Positions 46,526 through 46,826 of a DNA stretch of 46,826 nt are shown here, one piece after another. Below the pieces are notes generated by a model. That model was not told the origin of the DNA. It searched no databases and worked only from the letters and a program-made list of their open reading frames with translations. The DNA is from Octopus sinensis (lineage: Eukaryota): NCBI RefSeq assembly GCF_006345805.1, contig NW_021834608.1, positions 1 to 46,826 on the forward strand, written 5' to 3'. Every line of letters starts with the position of its first letter. The first letter of the stretch is position 1. Made by a program: the position numbers and the translations under genes.

Positions 46526-46618
46526 TTAAATTAAATAAAATTTAAATTTTATTGACCTGAATTTACTGTTAATGGATTTACATAATCAAAATGCTTCTGA
46601 ATATTCAATCGAACAGCG

Positions 46619-46826
46619 ATGGTTCGCCGACAAATAATATCTAATGATGTGAGGAAAGTTAACAGTATTTTGAAAAAATTCTTTAAAACGGGGGAAGTTA
46701 TTCCACCTAAACGTGGTGGAGATAGAAGGTCTAAGCTAACAGACGAAATGAAACAAGAATTAGTTGAATATGTTGATGAAGATTGCACCAGATCTTTGAA
46801 AGGATTTGTGCGAATGGATATTTTTC
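46619..46826 (+). mobile_element. IS630/Tc1-like transposase N-terminus running off the window
   Basis: MVRRQIISND...VNSILKKFFKTGEVIPPKRGGDRRSKLTDEMKQELVEYVDEDCTRSLK. Confidence 0.65.

Overview
This is AT-rich eukaryotic nuclear DNA. No prokaryotic genes, rRNA, complete tRNA or CRISPR array could be supported. The window is a dense patchwork of two components. (a) Decayed transposons: Tc1/IS630, pogo/Tigger, hAT (including Buster-type and MITEs), Mutator (MULE), a Ginger-like TGT...ACA element, and non-LTR retroelements (RTE-like APE-RT, R4/Dong-like, CRE-like, and one APE element preceded by a 2A StopGo peptide). (b) About a dozen recognisable conserved genes or gene pieces: CERT PH domain, Hsp110, GPN1, EEFSEC, an LRR protein, a possible NDC80, a kinase, PGM2, PFDN5, SPT5, WDR24, OSTM1-like and a FYVE protein. 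These carry very small GT-AG introns (mostly 23-31 nt). Most are truncated, internally deleted or frameshifted; WDR24 and GPN1 are near full length. A CERT-type PH domain, OSTM1 and the tiny introns suggest a reduced animal parasite such as a myxozoan or dicyemid (inference, not proven). All protein identifications come from motif recognition by eye, not database searches, and boundaries of decayed pieces are approximate. The best leads are the intron-retaining, deletion-riddled gene-fragment mosaic, a 2A-APE LINE, a candidate new tRNA-headed SINE family, two split or inverted LINE architectures, and a co-oriented, overlapping FYVE-OSTM1-WDR24 endolysosomal cluster. Long-read homopolymer errors or amplification chimeras could explain some of the lesions.
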